Assembly (NCBI RefSeq): GCF_964213995.1
Contig: NW_027590202.1
Coordinates: forward strand, 558,001 to 622,000
Direction: 5' to 3'
From: Mustelus asterias
Lineage: Eukaryota
Length of the DNA stretch: 64,000 nt
How positions within the stretch are numbered: position 1 is the stretch's first letter; each line of letters starts with the position of its first letter. The notes under the pieces were generated by a model. It searched no databases, was not told the origin of the DNA, and saw only the letters and a program-made list of their open reading frames with translations. This document shows positions 24,263 to 36,336 of this stretch, one piece after another. The position numbers and the translations under genes were made by a program.

Positions 24263-26502
24263 TCTCAGCATTAAGTTCAAGGCGTTTCGGAACCTGCAGG
24301 AGCAGCACAACTCGAGAACAAAACGTAGCTCTACAGCCTAACGTCCATAAAAAAAAGACTTGAAGAACAGATGCTGCGTGGAGAAAGAGCAGGAGATCCA
24401 GCAGTTAACTGGCAACTGTGATAGCTAGGGCTTCTTTACCGCAGTTGAGATCACCTGCAGCCGAAGAACCCAAGGTTCCACTCCATTGTTGGCCAAGAAG
24501 GGGGAGATGTTCATCAAGAAAATGGAAGCAGTCAGCACCCGTTGGAAGGGTCTCCTTAACACAGATTGTAACTTCAAAGTGCGTGTCCTTGACTCCATCC
24601 CACAACATGCTATCCATGACCATCTCAGCACAAACATAACCGGAACAAGGTAGAAAAGGCCATTCAACAGCTAAAGAACAACAAGCCATCTTGAGCAGAT
24701 GATGTCCCTTTTAAAGAATTAGAACATGGCGGAAAAGCACTATTGTTGTCAATACACGACCTGACTTCCATTCCCCGGAAGGAAGAAAACGTGCCAGGAG
24801 ATCTTAAGTACACCACAATCATGACCATCTTCAAGAAAGGTGAAAAGTCCGACTTCTGTAACTACAGAGGAATTTCCCTGCTATTGGCCAAAGGGAAGAT
24901 CATCATAAGAATCTTCCTTATTCGTCTTCTCCCTGTGGCTGCAACGCTCCTCCCAGAGACCTGACGTGGATTCCGTCCACTCAGGTGTACAATGGATATG
25001 ATCTTCACTGTGCCGCATCTGCAGATGACAGCGTCAACCTTTGTATGTGGCTTTCTGTAACTCCACAAAGCCCTTTCACACTTTTAATCGCCAGGGATTA
25101 TGGAAAATTATCCTCCACCTTGACTCCTCCAAAGGTTTTTCCCCAACATCCATCTGCTCCACGATGACATGGAAGCTCTAATCCTGATCAACGGAACCAC
25201 CACAGACCCAATTCATGTTCAGATGGGTTCAAAAAAGGCTGTTTCATCACACTAACCCTCTTCTTATTCTTGCTGCAATGCTCCATCTGACTCTCAGCCA
25301 GATCCCTGCTGGAATTGAGTTGAACAACAGAACAACTGTGTCTGCTGTTCGTTTTTCCAGTTTACTACTGTCAGGAAAACAGCGGTAATGATCAATATTT
25401 GCATTGTTAAATAGTAGAAGTAAGGAATAGCTTAAAGTGGGTTTAATTTCGTGTTTCTGTGTAAGAGGAATAAAACTCTAACTGGATTCATGCTGGACAA
25501 GGGTGTTTGTATCTGTGGGATTTTTGGTCAGTTCAAACTGTGTTTCTCCTGTGCTTAGAGAGGGTAAAACGTAAAAGGTAAACACGCTGGGAGAAGTAAA
25601 AGTTGTTGCTGACAAACCAGGTGCACCTTTCGGGTGTCATTTTTAGATAATTTAACAACACTTGCTTTTAGAAAGCTGGAGAGCGAACAGCTCTCTGTTT
25701 TGCTGGATAAAAAGCCATACAATGGAGTAATTGCTAATGAATGATGGAAAGCGTCAGATTTTCTGAGATTGAAAATACTCATGTGACAATCATCTGGGGC
25801 AGTTTGAGGAGAAAACCACTAAAGATTGGTTGATTGGCACAGGCCATTTAATTTCAGAGTGCGGTGTTACCTTTGAAAACAGTACGCATTTGTGAAGCTG
25901 AGAGGGGAGTAAAGGAGTATTGTACTATAATCAAACGTTTAATGTTTAAGAAATGCTTTTTCTGTTAAAAAATTATTAGCAGCCCAATGACTCTGTTCCT
26001 CATGTTATCTAAGAAAAAAGAAAAACGTAAAGTCCTGTAAGCTTCCAACCAGTAGTAGTAACATAAGTTGGGGTTGTGACACTTCTGAACCCTTTATATT
26101 CAGCTGTTATAATCCGGGCCAGAAGCGCCAAGGTGTTTTATGAAGTCAGCCCAGAGCAGAAGTTTTGCACCTTGAATCTGGCACGGATAAGCATAAAATA
26201 TTTCGCTCCAGGTAGGATCCAAATGTCCCTCACGGGACCTTTTACCAAACAAAGTTTACTTAAGTACACAGTTAACAGATAATACAGAAATCAGCATAAC
26301 TTTTACCAATTACAAAAAAAAAACAACCATGATCTTGGATAAGCCTCAACAGCTAAATATACTGTCCCAAACTAAACAGCACCCACAACCATATATCCTG
26401 TTCAAGGCTGAGCAAATTAAGCAAGTATGCTCACATGATGCAGCATTTTGCAGTTTCGTAACACCTGCTGCGAATTAGTCCTGTGGAAATGGAATTGAGA
26501 GA

Positions 26503-27442
26503 GAATCACAGAATCACAGAACACTGCAGTGCAGGAGAGGGCCTTTGGCCCATCGAGTCTGCAATGACGGAAGAAATGCCCTGATCTGCCCACCTAATCC
26601 CACTTGCCAGCACTTGGCCCATAGCCTTGAATGTTCTGGCTTGCCAAGTACTCATCCAGGTAATTTTTAAAGAATGTGAGTCATCCCGCCTCTACCCCCA
26701 CCCCTCTGCCCTCCGCCCAGGCAATGCATTCCAGACTGTCACCACCCTCTGAGTAAATAACGTTTTCCTCAAATCTCCCCTAATCCTCCCACCCCTCACT
26801 TTTATCCTATGTCCACTCGTCACTGACCTTTCAACTAAGGGGAACAGCTACTCTCCATCCACATTGTCCATGCCCCTCATAATTTCCAACGCCTCAATCA
26901 GGTCGCCCCTCAGACTTCTCTGCTCCAACAAAAGCAACTCAAGCCTATACAGCCTCTCTTTATAACGTACATGTTCCATCCCAGGCGGCATCCTGGCAAA
27001 TAACCTCTGCACTGCCTCCAGTGCTTTCACATCAGTCCTACAATGTGGCGACTAGAGCTGCACGCAGTCCTCCAGCTGTGGGTTCACCAAAGTTCGATGC
27101 AACTCCATCATGACCTCTCTGCTTTTGTAATCTAGACCCCGATTGATAAAGGCGAGTGTGCCATGTGCCTTTTTCAACACCCAATTAACCTGCATTTCCG
27201 CCTTAAGAGATCTATGGACGAACACGCCAAGGTCCCTTTGTTCTTCGGAACTTCCCAGTGTCGGGCTTTTCATAGCACATTTCCTTGTCAAATTACTCCT
27301 TCCAAAGCGCATCACCTCACATTTTTCAGGGTTTAATTCCATCTGCTACTTATCCACCCATTTGGCCATCTCGTCTATATCATCATGTAACCTAAGACAC
27401 TCAACCTCATTGTTAACCACCTGGCCAATCTTTGTGTCATCG
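26503..27442 (-). mobile_element. CR1 RT and 3' fragment
   Basis: NPEKCEVM, QRDLGV and LRGDLIE motifs, with a GATTCTGT repeat tail. Confidence 0.9.
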
Positions 27443-27599
27443 GGAAACCGGGAGGTTTTCTGGCCCTGGAACAATTAGCACAATTCGAGGCAGAAACATT
27501 AGTTGCTCTAGCTTTCAGCTAACCAGCCACCCACAGCAGAATTTCCAACACCAGGAACAGAGACAAAAAAACATTGTTTTCAGCCTGCAGTCCAAACAG

Positions 27600-28170
27600 C
27601 TTCTCTGTATTTCTCTCTCTATCTCTTTCTCTCTGTCACTTTATCTCTGTCTCTGAATCTGCATGTCTCCCTCTGTGTTTCTCTCTCTCTGTCTCTCTCT
27701 CTGTATCTGTGTGTCGCTCTCTGTATTTCTCTGTGTGTGTCTCTCTCTCAGTATTTCTCTCTTTGTATCTCCCTGTATTTCTCTCTGCCTTTCTCTCTCT
27801 GTATTTCTCTGTCCTTGTCTGTCTCTGTATCTGTGTGTGTCTCTCTGTATCTGTGTGTCTCTTTGTATATGTGTGTCTCTCTCTCTCTCAGTATCTGTGT
27901 GTCTCTCTGTATCTGGCTGTCTCTCTGTATTTCTCTCTGTCTCGCTCTATATTTTTCTCTGTCTGTCTGTCTCTCTGTTTTTCTCTCTTTCTATTTCTCT
28001 GCAATTTTTCTCTCCTTGTCTCTCTCTGCATCTGTGTGTGTCTCTCTCTGCATCTGTGTGTCTCTCTCTCTCTGGATCTGTGTGTCTCTCTCTGCATCTG
28101 TTGTCTTTCTCTGTATCTGTGTGTCTGTCTCTGTATCTGTGTGTCTCTCTGCATCTGCGTGTCTCTTTGG
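27600..28170. repeat. (CT)/(GT)/CTCTGTAT compound microsatellite
   Basis: Low-complexity tandem motif. Confidence 0.92.
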
Positions 28171-28305
28171 ACTGTGTGTCCAAAGCCCATCGACACCGCT
28201 CTATTTTCCCTATTACACGGTTTCCCCCTTTTCCCAGACAGGGATTTTTCGCCAATCCTGCCTGGGATCTGTTTGAACTCAAGACTCTTCAATGAAAGAG
28301 TCACT

Positions 28306-28320
28306 GCGCCATCTAGCGGC
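28306..28320 (-). promoter_or_regulatory. CTCF-binding motif
   Basis: GCCGCTAGATGGCGC on the minus strand closely fits CC(A/G)SYAGRKGGCRS. Confidence 0.6.
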
Positions 28321-29076
28321 CTATCCGTCTAACGACAGCTTTACCGCTGCCTTTTTCCGATGAACTCCAGAGACAGAATGATTGAACAGCCAGAAGAACC
28401 TCGGTGATTTCACCCATAAACTGTTCTGTCACTGTCGAGTGACGGGTAGTTCTCAACAACAAAGGCTCTGCTTCATCAAAGGCCGATACAGCACAGTATA
28501 TGGGAGAAGAAAGTTTATTTTGCACTGTCCCACCCTAACACTGCAAAGATCGCTGCAGCACAGGTTATCAGAGCAATTTTCTCTCCCCATTGCCCGATTA
28601 AATAGTTCGAAGCCAGGTTTGCAACCGGCCAGATATAAAACTCGGTTAGAACAGTTGGGTATTAACCATGAGAGACTGGGATGTTTTCCGCAAAAACATG
28701 CAACGAGTACACATTTCCAATGATTGTCAGCAATTGGGGCCTATGAGATATACTAGGGGAAAACACGCAGAAATTCGGAGATCCTGGGGTCAATCTGAAA
28801 CAACAGATAAACGGAGATTATTGGAAATGGTCCCAGAGATTTCGGTTTAATCTGATACAGAGACTCCCGCTTCTCAATTTCTCTTAAACACATAAATAGA
28901 TGTTTTGCCCCCATGTTCTGTTAGAAACGCACACGCTCCGTTTTCTGATGAACACACAGCGACTCTCTGCTTCAAACTGTCCGCTTTGCACGAATTAACA
29001 CTACTCCACTGACTCCATTTCGATGATGCATTATCCCCAATAGACGCCATCCCCTCTGATTCCATCCCCGGAAATC

Positions 29077-29556
29077 ATAGGGTCATAGAGGTTCACAGCA
29101 TGGAAACAGGCCCTTCGGCCCATCTTGTCCATGCCTCCCTTTTTTTTTTAAACCCCTAAGCTAATCCCAATTGCCCTCATTTGGCCCATATCCCTCTATA
29201 CCCATAGTACCCATGTAACGATCTAAATGCTTTTTAAAAGATAACATTGTACCCGCCTCTACTACTACCTCTGGCAGCTTGTTCCAGACACTCACCACCC
29301 TCTGTCTGAAAAAAATGCCCCTCCGGACACTGTTGTATCTCTCCCCTCTCACCTTAAACCTATGCCCTCTACTTTTAGACTCCCCTACGATTGGGAAAAG
29401 GTATTGACTATCTACCTTGTCTTTGCCCCTCATTATTTTATAGACCTCTACAAGGTCACCCCTCAGCCTCCTACGCTCCAGAGAAAAAAGTCCCGGTCTA
29501 TTCAGCCTCTCCTTATAACTCAATCCATCAAGTCCCGGTAGCATCCTAGTAAAAAT
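29077..29556 (-). mobile_element. CR1 3' fragment inserted in a minisatellite
   Basis: ORF 29161-29562 (FTRMLPG..RGDLVEVYK), with AATCA at both junctions. Confidence 0.9.
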
Positions 29557-29935
29557 AATCACTGAACATCACTCCAGGGATCCTCTCTCCCTGCTTCATT
29601 CCCTCTGACTCCATCCCCCTGAACCTGAACTCACTGAACATCACCCCAGGGATCCTCTCTCCCTGCTTCATTCCCTCTGATGCCAACCCCCGAAATCACT
29701 GAACATCACCCCAGGGATCCTCTCTCTGCTGCATTCCCATGATACCCTCTGATACGATCTGATACCATCCCCCGGATCTCCCTGAATATCACCTGAAGGA
29801 TATTCTCTCCCTGTTCCATTCCCTCTGACTCCATCCCCCTGAACTCACTGAATATCACCCGAGGGATTCTCTCTGCCTGCTTCATTTCCTTTGCTGCCAT
29901 AACCCTGAACCCACTACATATCACCCCAGGGATCT
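29557..29935. repeat. ~60-bp minisatellite, about 6 units (partial unit also at ~29045-29076)
   Basis: Repeating ATCACCCCAGGGATCCTCTCTCCCTGCTTCATTCCCTCTGA..CCATCCCC. Confidence 0.9.
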
Positions 29936-30742
29936 ACCAGTGCCATTCCAAACTTTCATGCCCTGACCTTTCTGTCCACCTCCGTCTCATCATGTTCTTC
30001 TACAGGCTGTGGATGATATCAACATTTCCTGAGGATTCTGGTCTAGTTCTTTGTATGTTCCAACATTCCTGAAGCTGAGAAGTTTTCATTCTAAAGTTCT
30101 GGATTTCAGCTCCGAGATTTGATTTGCTTACATGTCATATCAACTTCAGGTAGAGAAGAATGAACGGCTTGCATGCGAGTTCAAAAGCACTTCTCTGAAT
30201 GGGTACAGTTGAAAATTAAGTTCCTTTCTGCTCGAATCTCTAATACTCACCATGTGCACCGCCCCACGCAGCCAAGGGCCGACCCTTCCTCACTCTCTTA
30301 CTTTTACCTTCAGTCGGTATGATTCCCCATCTCGATGTACTTTCCCCAGGATCGGGAGGTCTCACGTTGGTCAGGGCGACCGTTTGTTACTCACGCATGC
30401 GGTACTGAATCTGAGAATGAGTGATTGGATAATGTAGAGGGAGATTTGTACTGCATCACACCTATGCCATACCTGTCCTATAATGTGACACCAGATTGTA
30501 GAGGGAGGTTTTAATTCTATCTGTGCTTAACCTATTGGACTTCATGACATGCTTTGCTGATAACCAGTATATACACACACACACATGCGCATGCGCGCAC
30601 ACACACACGCATACATTTTTGTTGTTATGAGTCTTTGCTGGTTAGGGCGATGACAAGATTCTATTCACAACAAATTATTAATACAACCTTACGAAAGATG
30701 GAATTATTAATAGGAATAAAATTTAACAATTTGGTTAAAGTA

Positions 30743-30830
30743 CCCCAAGTGGTCTCGGAGTATGATTCCTGCTGTTGGTATTTGAGATCAAATGTGCATG
30801 AAATGCTGAGTTCAAATCCCGGACATGCCC
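30743..30830 (+). pseudogene. tRNA-Pro pseudogene with a 16-nt intron-like insert
   Basis: GGTCTCGGAGTATGATTC ... GTTCAAATCCCGGACATGCCC matches the Pro D-arm and 3' end. The insert is 30779-30794. Confidence 0.7.
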
Positions 30831-31074
30831 TGTGATGTTGTTTCCTATTGCCCAATTCGCAGGTTCTGTTCATTTCTTCCCGCTACAGACGGGGGGATTG
30901 GTTCACATGGGGCTTGGTTTGAGAATTTGAGTACAAACTGCAGGGAATCTATCATCACAACACGCTCACTCGAAAACAGCTTTCAAAAGGGTTGACTTGG
31001 AAGGAGACATTCATTTTATCATCATTCACCTGTTCAAGAGACCCCACAATTGCCCATTCAGGCAGTTGAGGCAG

Positions 31075-31540
31075 TTGGCTGGATGTTTCTGTTTATTCAT
31101 TGACGAGATGTGGGTGTCTCTGGCTCGGCCGGCATTTATTACCCATCAGTAATTCCCTTGAAAAGGTGGCGGTGAGCTGCATTCTTGAACTGCTGCAGTC
31201 TATTGGTATAGATACATCCATAGTGCTGTTAGTGGCGGGGGAGCGGTTATTCCAGGACCTTCTTCCAATGACGATGAAGGTTCAGCGATACATTTCCAAG
31301 TCAACATTGTGATCGGCATGGAGGGGATTCTCCTCGTGATAACGGTCTTGGGTTTGCAAAGTGCTGTCTAAGGTGTATTTGGTGAGTTCCTGCACCGATC
31401 AGGCAAGTGGGGTGTATTCACTCACATTCCCGAGTTGTGCCTTGTAGATGGTGGACATGTTCTGGGGAGTCAGGTGAGTTATTCGCCGCAGGATTCCCAG
31501 CCTCTGACCTGTTCTTGTGACCACTGCACGAATTGATAAA
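31075..31540 (-). mobile_element. L2-type LINE remnant (inverted paralogue at ~43690-44175)
   Basis: The paralogue translates AQVRSAIEYSPLV, an L2-like RT C-terminus. Confidence 0.55.
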
Positions 31541-31947
31541 ATGTGTGTTGAGTCAAAATAGGAGCATCACTTTTCCTGCTCAGTGTGCAGTGGATACTCA
31601 GCACTTCTATTTCATTTTTTTCTGAATGCATATTGAGGCATATGTAAGAGCTAATGTCATATGCATGCACAGTATTACATTCAAGTAATATTCGAGTGTT
31701 GATTCTCTGAGGGGAATGGTTACTGGTTTGGCAGTCTTATAGTCTTTGGACAGCAGTTTGAATTCCACCACGGCGGGTTAACTCAGCAACTCAATTCAAG
31801 GGCAATTAGAGGTGATTGTAAATGAAGGAAGACAATCTCAATGATGGACCTTTTCCTCACAAGTAAACGCAAAATTTTGACAAAGTTTCTACCTGAAACT
31901 TTCGAAACGTCGGGCCAATATGCAACAACTGTCATATTTTCACATGT

Positions 31948-32020
31948 GGGCCAGTGGCGCAATGGATAATGAGTCTGACTACGGATCAGAAGATTCCAAG
32001 TTCGACTCCTGCTTGGCTCG
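31948..32020 (+). pseudogene. tRNA-Arg(ACG), mutated
   Basis: 5 differences from the 43191 copy, disrupting the D, T and acceptor stems. Confidence 0.88.
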
Positions 32021-32148
32021 GTGCAAACGTTTAAATGATGAGTACAGAGCAAAGATAAAATTGCTGTAAAACCGAGATTTGAGTAATATTCAGCAACTAA
32101 CTAAAATCGTATAAATGACCCACACTATACATGAGAATGCTTAATTAA

Positions 32149-32212
32149 TGTTTCGGCCCAGTTTCAAACCGCGGACTTTTCGTGTGTTGGGCGAACGTGA
32201 GAATCACCACAC
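32149..32212 (-). pseudogene. tRNA-Val pseudogene, 5'-truncated
   Basis: Aligns to the reverse complement of Val-AAC. Confidence 0.75.
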
Positions 32213-32762
32213 TTATCTTTTAAACAAAATCAAGTACCTTTAAAAGGAACAGATTTAAGAATGATCTACCAGTTATAGTCGATGCCTCTTTATTCTGTCT
32301 GTGAAACATTCTGGCGCCTAAATCTCGTTCATCTATCGGAAGTCCAGCAGGTCCGCACTGATTCTCGATTTCCTCATCGGTCTGAATGGTTTTTACTACT
32401 TCTTTATTGCGAAGAGAAATTCTAAAAAGATGCGTGTGGGAAATGTGCACCATTTACGATTTCAATTATGTCTGTCTTTTTGAGCACACAATACTATTAG
32501 ACATGTTTCAGATGGTGATTAACTATGTTGGTCTTCAACTATAAACACATTAAATTCTTTTGTGGACAGAACGAGTTGCGAATACGTGTAAAAACAAGTC
32601 ATTTATTTCCAGCCATTGCTTCCCAAAATGCGGCATTTCTGATTCTCCGAAATTGATTTGAGGCCGATGGCAAAGGCAACATAACATTGGATTCGCATGA
32701 GGTTGAGCAATGAACATACACCATGCAGACTTTTCTCACGCTTCATGAGAAAGATCCAACAG

Positions 32763-32835
32763 TGTTTCTGCCCGGTTTCGGGCCGGGGATCTTTCGTGTC
32801 TAAGGCGAACGTGATAACCACTACACTACGGAAAC
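32763..32835 (-). pseudogene. tRNA-Val pseudogene
   Basis: The 5' half GTTTCCGTAGTGTAGTGGTTATCACGTTCGCC is intact, but the anticodon and B-box are mutated. Confidence 0.88.
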
Positions 32836-33108
32836 AGCTAACAGCAAGCTACAGCAGATATAAATCGGCCTGTTTGCGATGTTCAACTTCGCTGTGTTGC
32901 TGCAGGTTCCAATGGTTAGACTGAGAGTCCATGTCACTTTATTCAGGAAGATAACCGTGACTTTAAATCTGAATGCTCAACTTATCTTGAACTTCAAAAT
33001 TTAAAAGGGCTCGCCTCGCAAATATCTAAGGGAGCAATGATTTCTGCCCATTCATTAATGCATAATTCTCATCTTCCTTCCAATAATTTCAAACAATTGT
33101 ACTCAGTA

Positions 33109-33250
33109 ATAAAAGCAAATTGCTGCGGATGCTAGAATCGGAAACCAAAACAGAAAATGCTGGAAAATCTTACAAGGCCTGGCAGCTTCAGTCAGGAGAG
33201 AAAAGAGCAGATGTTTCGAGTCCAGATGACACTTTATCAAAGCTCATTGT
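33109..33250 (-). mobile_element. Short Penelope-type terminal stub with a decayed hammerhead (paralogue at ~34481-34616)
   Basis: 16-bp TSD ACAATTGTACTCAGTA at 33093-33108 and 33251-33266. TTGATAA-stem-GAAAC on the minus strand. Confidence 0.65.
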
Positions 33251-33946
33251 ACAATTGTACTCAGTATTTGTTTCAATATTTAATATCAATGCATAATTTA
33301 ACACATATGTCTTCATTATGAATTGAATATCTCTGAAATTGAACATCACTGAATTGCAAACATAACTGACCAACAGAATGAAGCGAATCACCGGGTAATA
33401 CAGATCGCAAATTTGAGATTGACTATGGTCAGCTTTTAAACAAAGTCAACTCCATTTAAATGGAGGAGAATCAAAAATTATCTGTTCGTGACACTTGAGC
33501 CTTTTTTATTATGGGTGTGAAACATTCAGGCGCATAAATTCCGGCCCTTTACAGGAAAGTCCAGTAGATCCGCGCTGAGTCTCGGTTCCCTCATCTGTCT
33601 GAGTGGCTTTTCCTGTTTCTTAGTGACGAAAAACCATTTAAAAAAAGATTCTTCTGTGAAATGTGCGCCATTTCCTCTAGTTCACTTACAGTAACACTTG
33701 TATCTGTCTTTTTGAACACACACTACTATCAGATATTTCAAATGGTGATTAACCATATTAATCTGCATCTATAAGCCCATTAAATTCTGTTGTAGTCTGA
33801 ACGGGATGCGAATAAGTGCTCGGTGTCAAAATCGAACTTTCCTGTCAGTGCGTCAGAAAAAGTCGTTTCGTATTTCACAGAAAACACTTGAGAGTGATGC
33901 CAGAGCAGTGATAACATGCCTTGAACATCGGGTTTCGGATAATGTT

Positions 33947-34104
33947 GTAACTATGACTCTCTTAGAAGGGTCTCACTAGAGAGTCATCTCTGGGTAGTTA
34001 CCTCTGTGAATGTTATTGGCGTGTTTTGGCATTCACAGTGAAGTTGTGCCTCCTCGCGGCCCCGTCGGTAACCTTGGTGGCTTGCCACCAAGGGCTAAAC
34101 AAGC
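33947..34104 (+). ncRNA. R2 retrotransposon 5' fragment: 28S target sequence plus HDV-like ribozyme
   Basis: GTAACTATGACTCTCTTA (the 28S R2 site), then the P3/L3 core GCC-TCCTCGC-GGC, P1 3' strand CCCGTC, GG, a P4 hairpin, GCTAA, and P2 TTGT/ACAA. Confidence 0.88.
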
Positions 34105-34140
34105 AATTTTCCCTTACCTGACCTGAGAAAGCTGAATGAA

Positions 34141-34213
34141 TGTTTCTGTGCGGTTTCGAAGCGGGAACTGTTTGCGTGTTACAGGAACGTGATAACCACG
34201 ATACTACAGAAAC
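34141..34213 (-). pseudogene. tRNA-Val(AAC) pseudogene
   Basis: 73-nt alignment with many substitutions. Confidence 0.85.
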
Positions 34214-35382
34214 AGCTTAAAACAAGTTAGAGTAAATCTGCCTGTCTGCAATGTTCAACTCCGCTGTGTTGCTGCAGGTTCCGATGGTGAGACTGAGAGC
34301 CCATGTCACTTAATTCAGGAAGATAACCGTTACTGTCAATCTAATTGCTCAGCTTATCTTAAACATCAAAATTTAAATGGGTTCGTCCCGCAAATATCTA
34401 AGGGAGCAATGATTTCTGCCCATTCATTAATGCATTATTCTAATCTTCCTTCGAATAATCTGAACCATTTGTACTCAGTAATAAAAGCAAATTACTGCGG
34501 ATGCTGGAATCGGAAACCAAAAGAGAAAATGCAGGAAAATCTCACAAGGTCTGGCAGTAAGGATAGAAATTAGCTGACATTTCGAGTCCAGATGAGACAT
34601 TGTCAAAGCTCATTGTACAATTGTACTCAGTATTTGTTTCAATATTTAATATCAATGTATTATTTAACACACATGTCTTCATTATGAATAGAATATCTCT
34701 GAAATTGAATATCACTGAATTGCAAACATAACTGACCAACAGAAGGAATCGGTTCACCGGGTAATACAGATCACAACTTTTTTGATTGACCATAGTCAGC
34801 TTTTAAACAAAGTCAGCTACATTTAAATGGAAGGGATTGAAAAGATATCTGTTAGTTACGCTTGAGCTTTTTTATTATGGGCGTGAAATATTCAGGCGCA
34901 TAATTTCCGGCCATCTTTTGGAAAGTCCAGTAGATCCGGACTGAGTCTCCATTCCCTCATCTGTCTGAGTGTTGTTTCCTATTTCTTTGTTATGAAGAAC
35001 GATTTTAAAAAAGATTCTTCAGGGAAATATGCTCCATTTCCTCTCGTTCACTTGCAGTATCACTTGTGTCTTTCCTTTTTAGCACACCCTACGATTGGAC
35101 ATGATTCAGATGGTGATTAACGATGTTAGTCTGCACCTATAAACCCATTCATTTCTGTTGTAGACTGAACATGGTGCTATTATGTGCATTGCGTCAAAAT
35201 CGAAACGTTTCTTTCCTGTCAGTGCGTCAAAAATAAATCGGCATTTCTTATTTTACAGAAAACATTTGAAGCCGAGGTCAGAGCAATGATAATATGGTTG
35301 TAAGGTCGAGATTCGGATAATGTTCAGCAACGTACTGAAATCATACCGATTCCCCCCACCCGACATGAGAAAGCTTAATGAA

Positions 35383-35455
35383 CGTTTCAGCCCGGTTTCG
35401 AGCCAGAAACTTTGCGTGTGTTCAGCGAATGTGATAACCACTACACGACAGAAAC
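35383..35455 (-). pseudogene. tRNA-Val(AAC) pseudogene
   Basis: 73-nt alignment with many substitutions. Confidence 0.85.
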
Positions 35456-36262
35456 AAGAGACAGTACCACGCCTCCAATTCGCCTGACTACAATGTTCAA
35501 CTCCACTGTTTTGCTGCAGGTTCTCATGGTTAGATTGAGAGCCCATGTTACTTAATACAACAACAACTCCGTTACTATCCACCTGATTTCTCAACTCATC
35601 AAAATTCAAAAGCGTTCTTCTGGGAAATGTCTATGGGAGAAATGATTCCTGCTAAATCATTAATGCATCATTATCATCTTCCGTCGAATAAAAATTATCC
35701 AGTATTTGTCGTTATTCAACATTTTATATCAAACATAACTGACCAACAAAAGGAATCGAGTCACCGGTTAATAGATGTAACTAACATTCAGGCGCTTAAA
35801 AAATTCTGTCCATCTATAGGAAAGTCCAATAAATCCGCACTAAGTTTCGATTTTCCCATTTGTCTGAGTGTCTTTTTTCTATTTCTTTATTATGAAGAAC
35901 GATCTTTAAAAAAGAAGGCTCCTTCATTTCACTTACAGCATCACTTGTGTCTGTCTTTTTGAGCACGCACCACTATTAGACATGTTTCAGATGGTGATTA
36001 ACTATGTTAGTCTGCATCTATTAAACCAACTAAATTCTGTTGTAAACTGAAGCAGATGCTAATATGTTCACGGTGTCAAAATAGGAACGTTTCTTTCCTG
36101 ACATTGCGTCATAAAATTCAGCATTTCTGATTTTAGAGAAAGCATTTGAGGCCGAGGTCAGAGCAAAGATAATATGGCTGTAACATCGAGATTCGGATAA
36201 TATTCAGCAAGAAACTGAAATCAGACAGACTTACCTCACCCTACATGAGAAAGTTTAATGAA

Positions 36263-36336
36263 TGTTTCTGCCTAATTTCAAACCGGGATCTTTTTTGCGT
36301 TGGAGGCGAACGTGATAACAACTACACGACTGATAC
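36263..36336 (-). pseudogene. tRNA-Val pseudogene
   Basis: Degenerate alignment in the same repeat context. Confidence 0.8.

Larger units (their letters stand above)
22086..25340 (+). mobile_element. Degenerate RTE-clade LINE with nested insertions
   Basis: WKVRTL..DIDITTLSE (endonuclease), LVTANTLFRQ and FKKGEKSDFCNYRGISLL (RT). Confidence 0.85.

Noticed and set aside
27574-28332. ORFs of 138-252 aa in several frames
   Set aside because: Translations of a microsatellite.
29557-29935. Regularly spaced repeats resembling a CRISPR array
   Set aside because: The units are homologous along their whole length with no unique spacers. This is a eukaryotic minisatellite.
32763-32835. Val tRNA body with the anticodon drifted to TAG (apparent recoding tRNA)
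   Set aside because: The B-box/T-loop is destroyed and the anticodon stem has a substitution, so this is pseudogene decay.
33927-33932. Host ATCGGG as a substitute P1 5' strand for the ribozyme
   Set aside because: Only 4 bp can form, and the two pairs at the cleavage site mismatch.
33947-33964. 28S rRNA gene
   Set aside because: Only 18 nt match. The sequence then becomes R2-like, and there is no other rDNA in the window.
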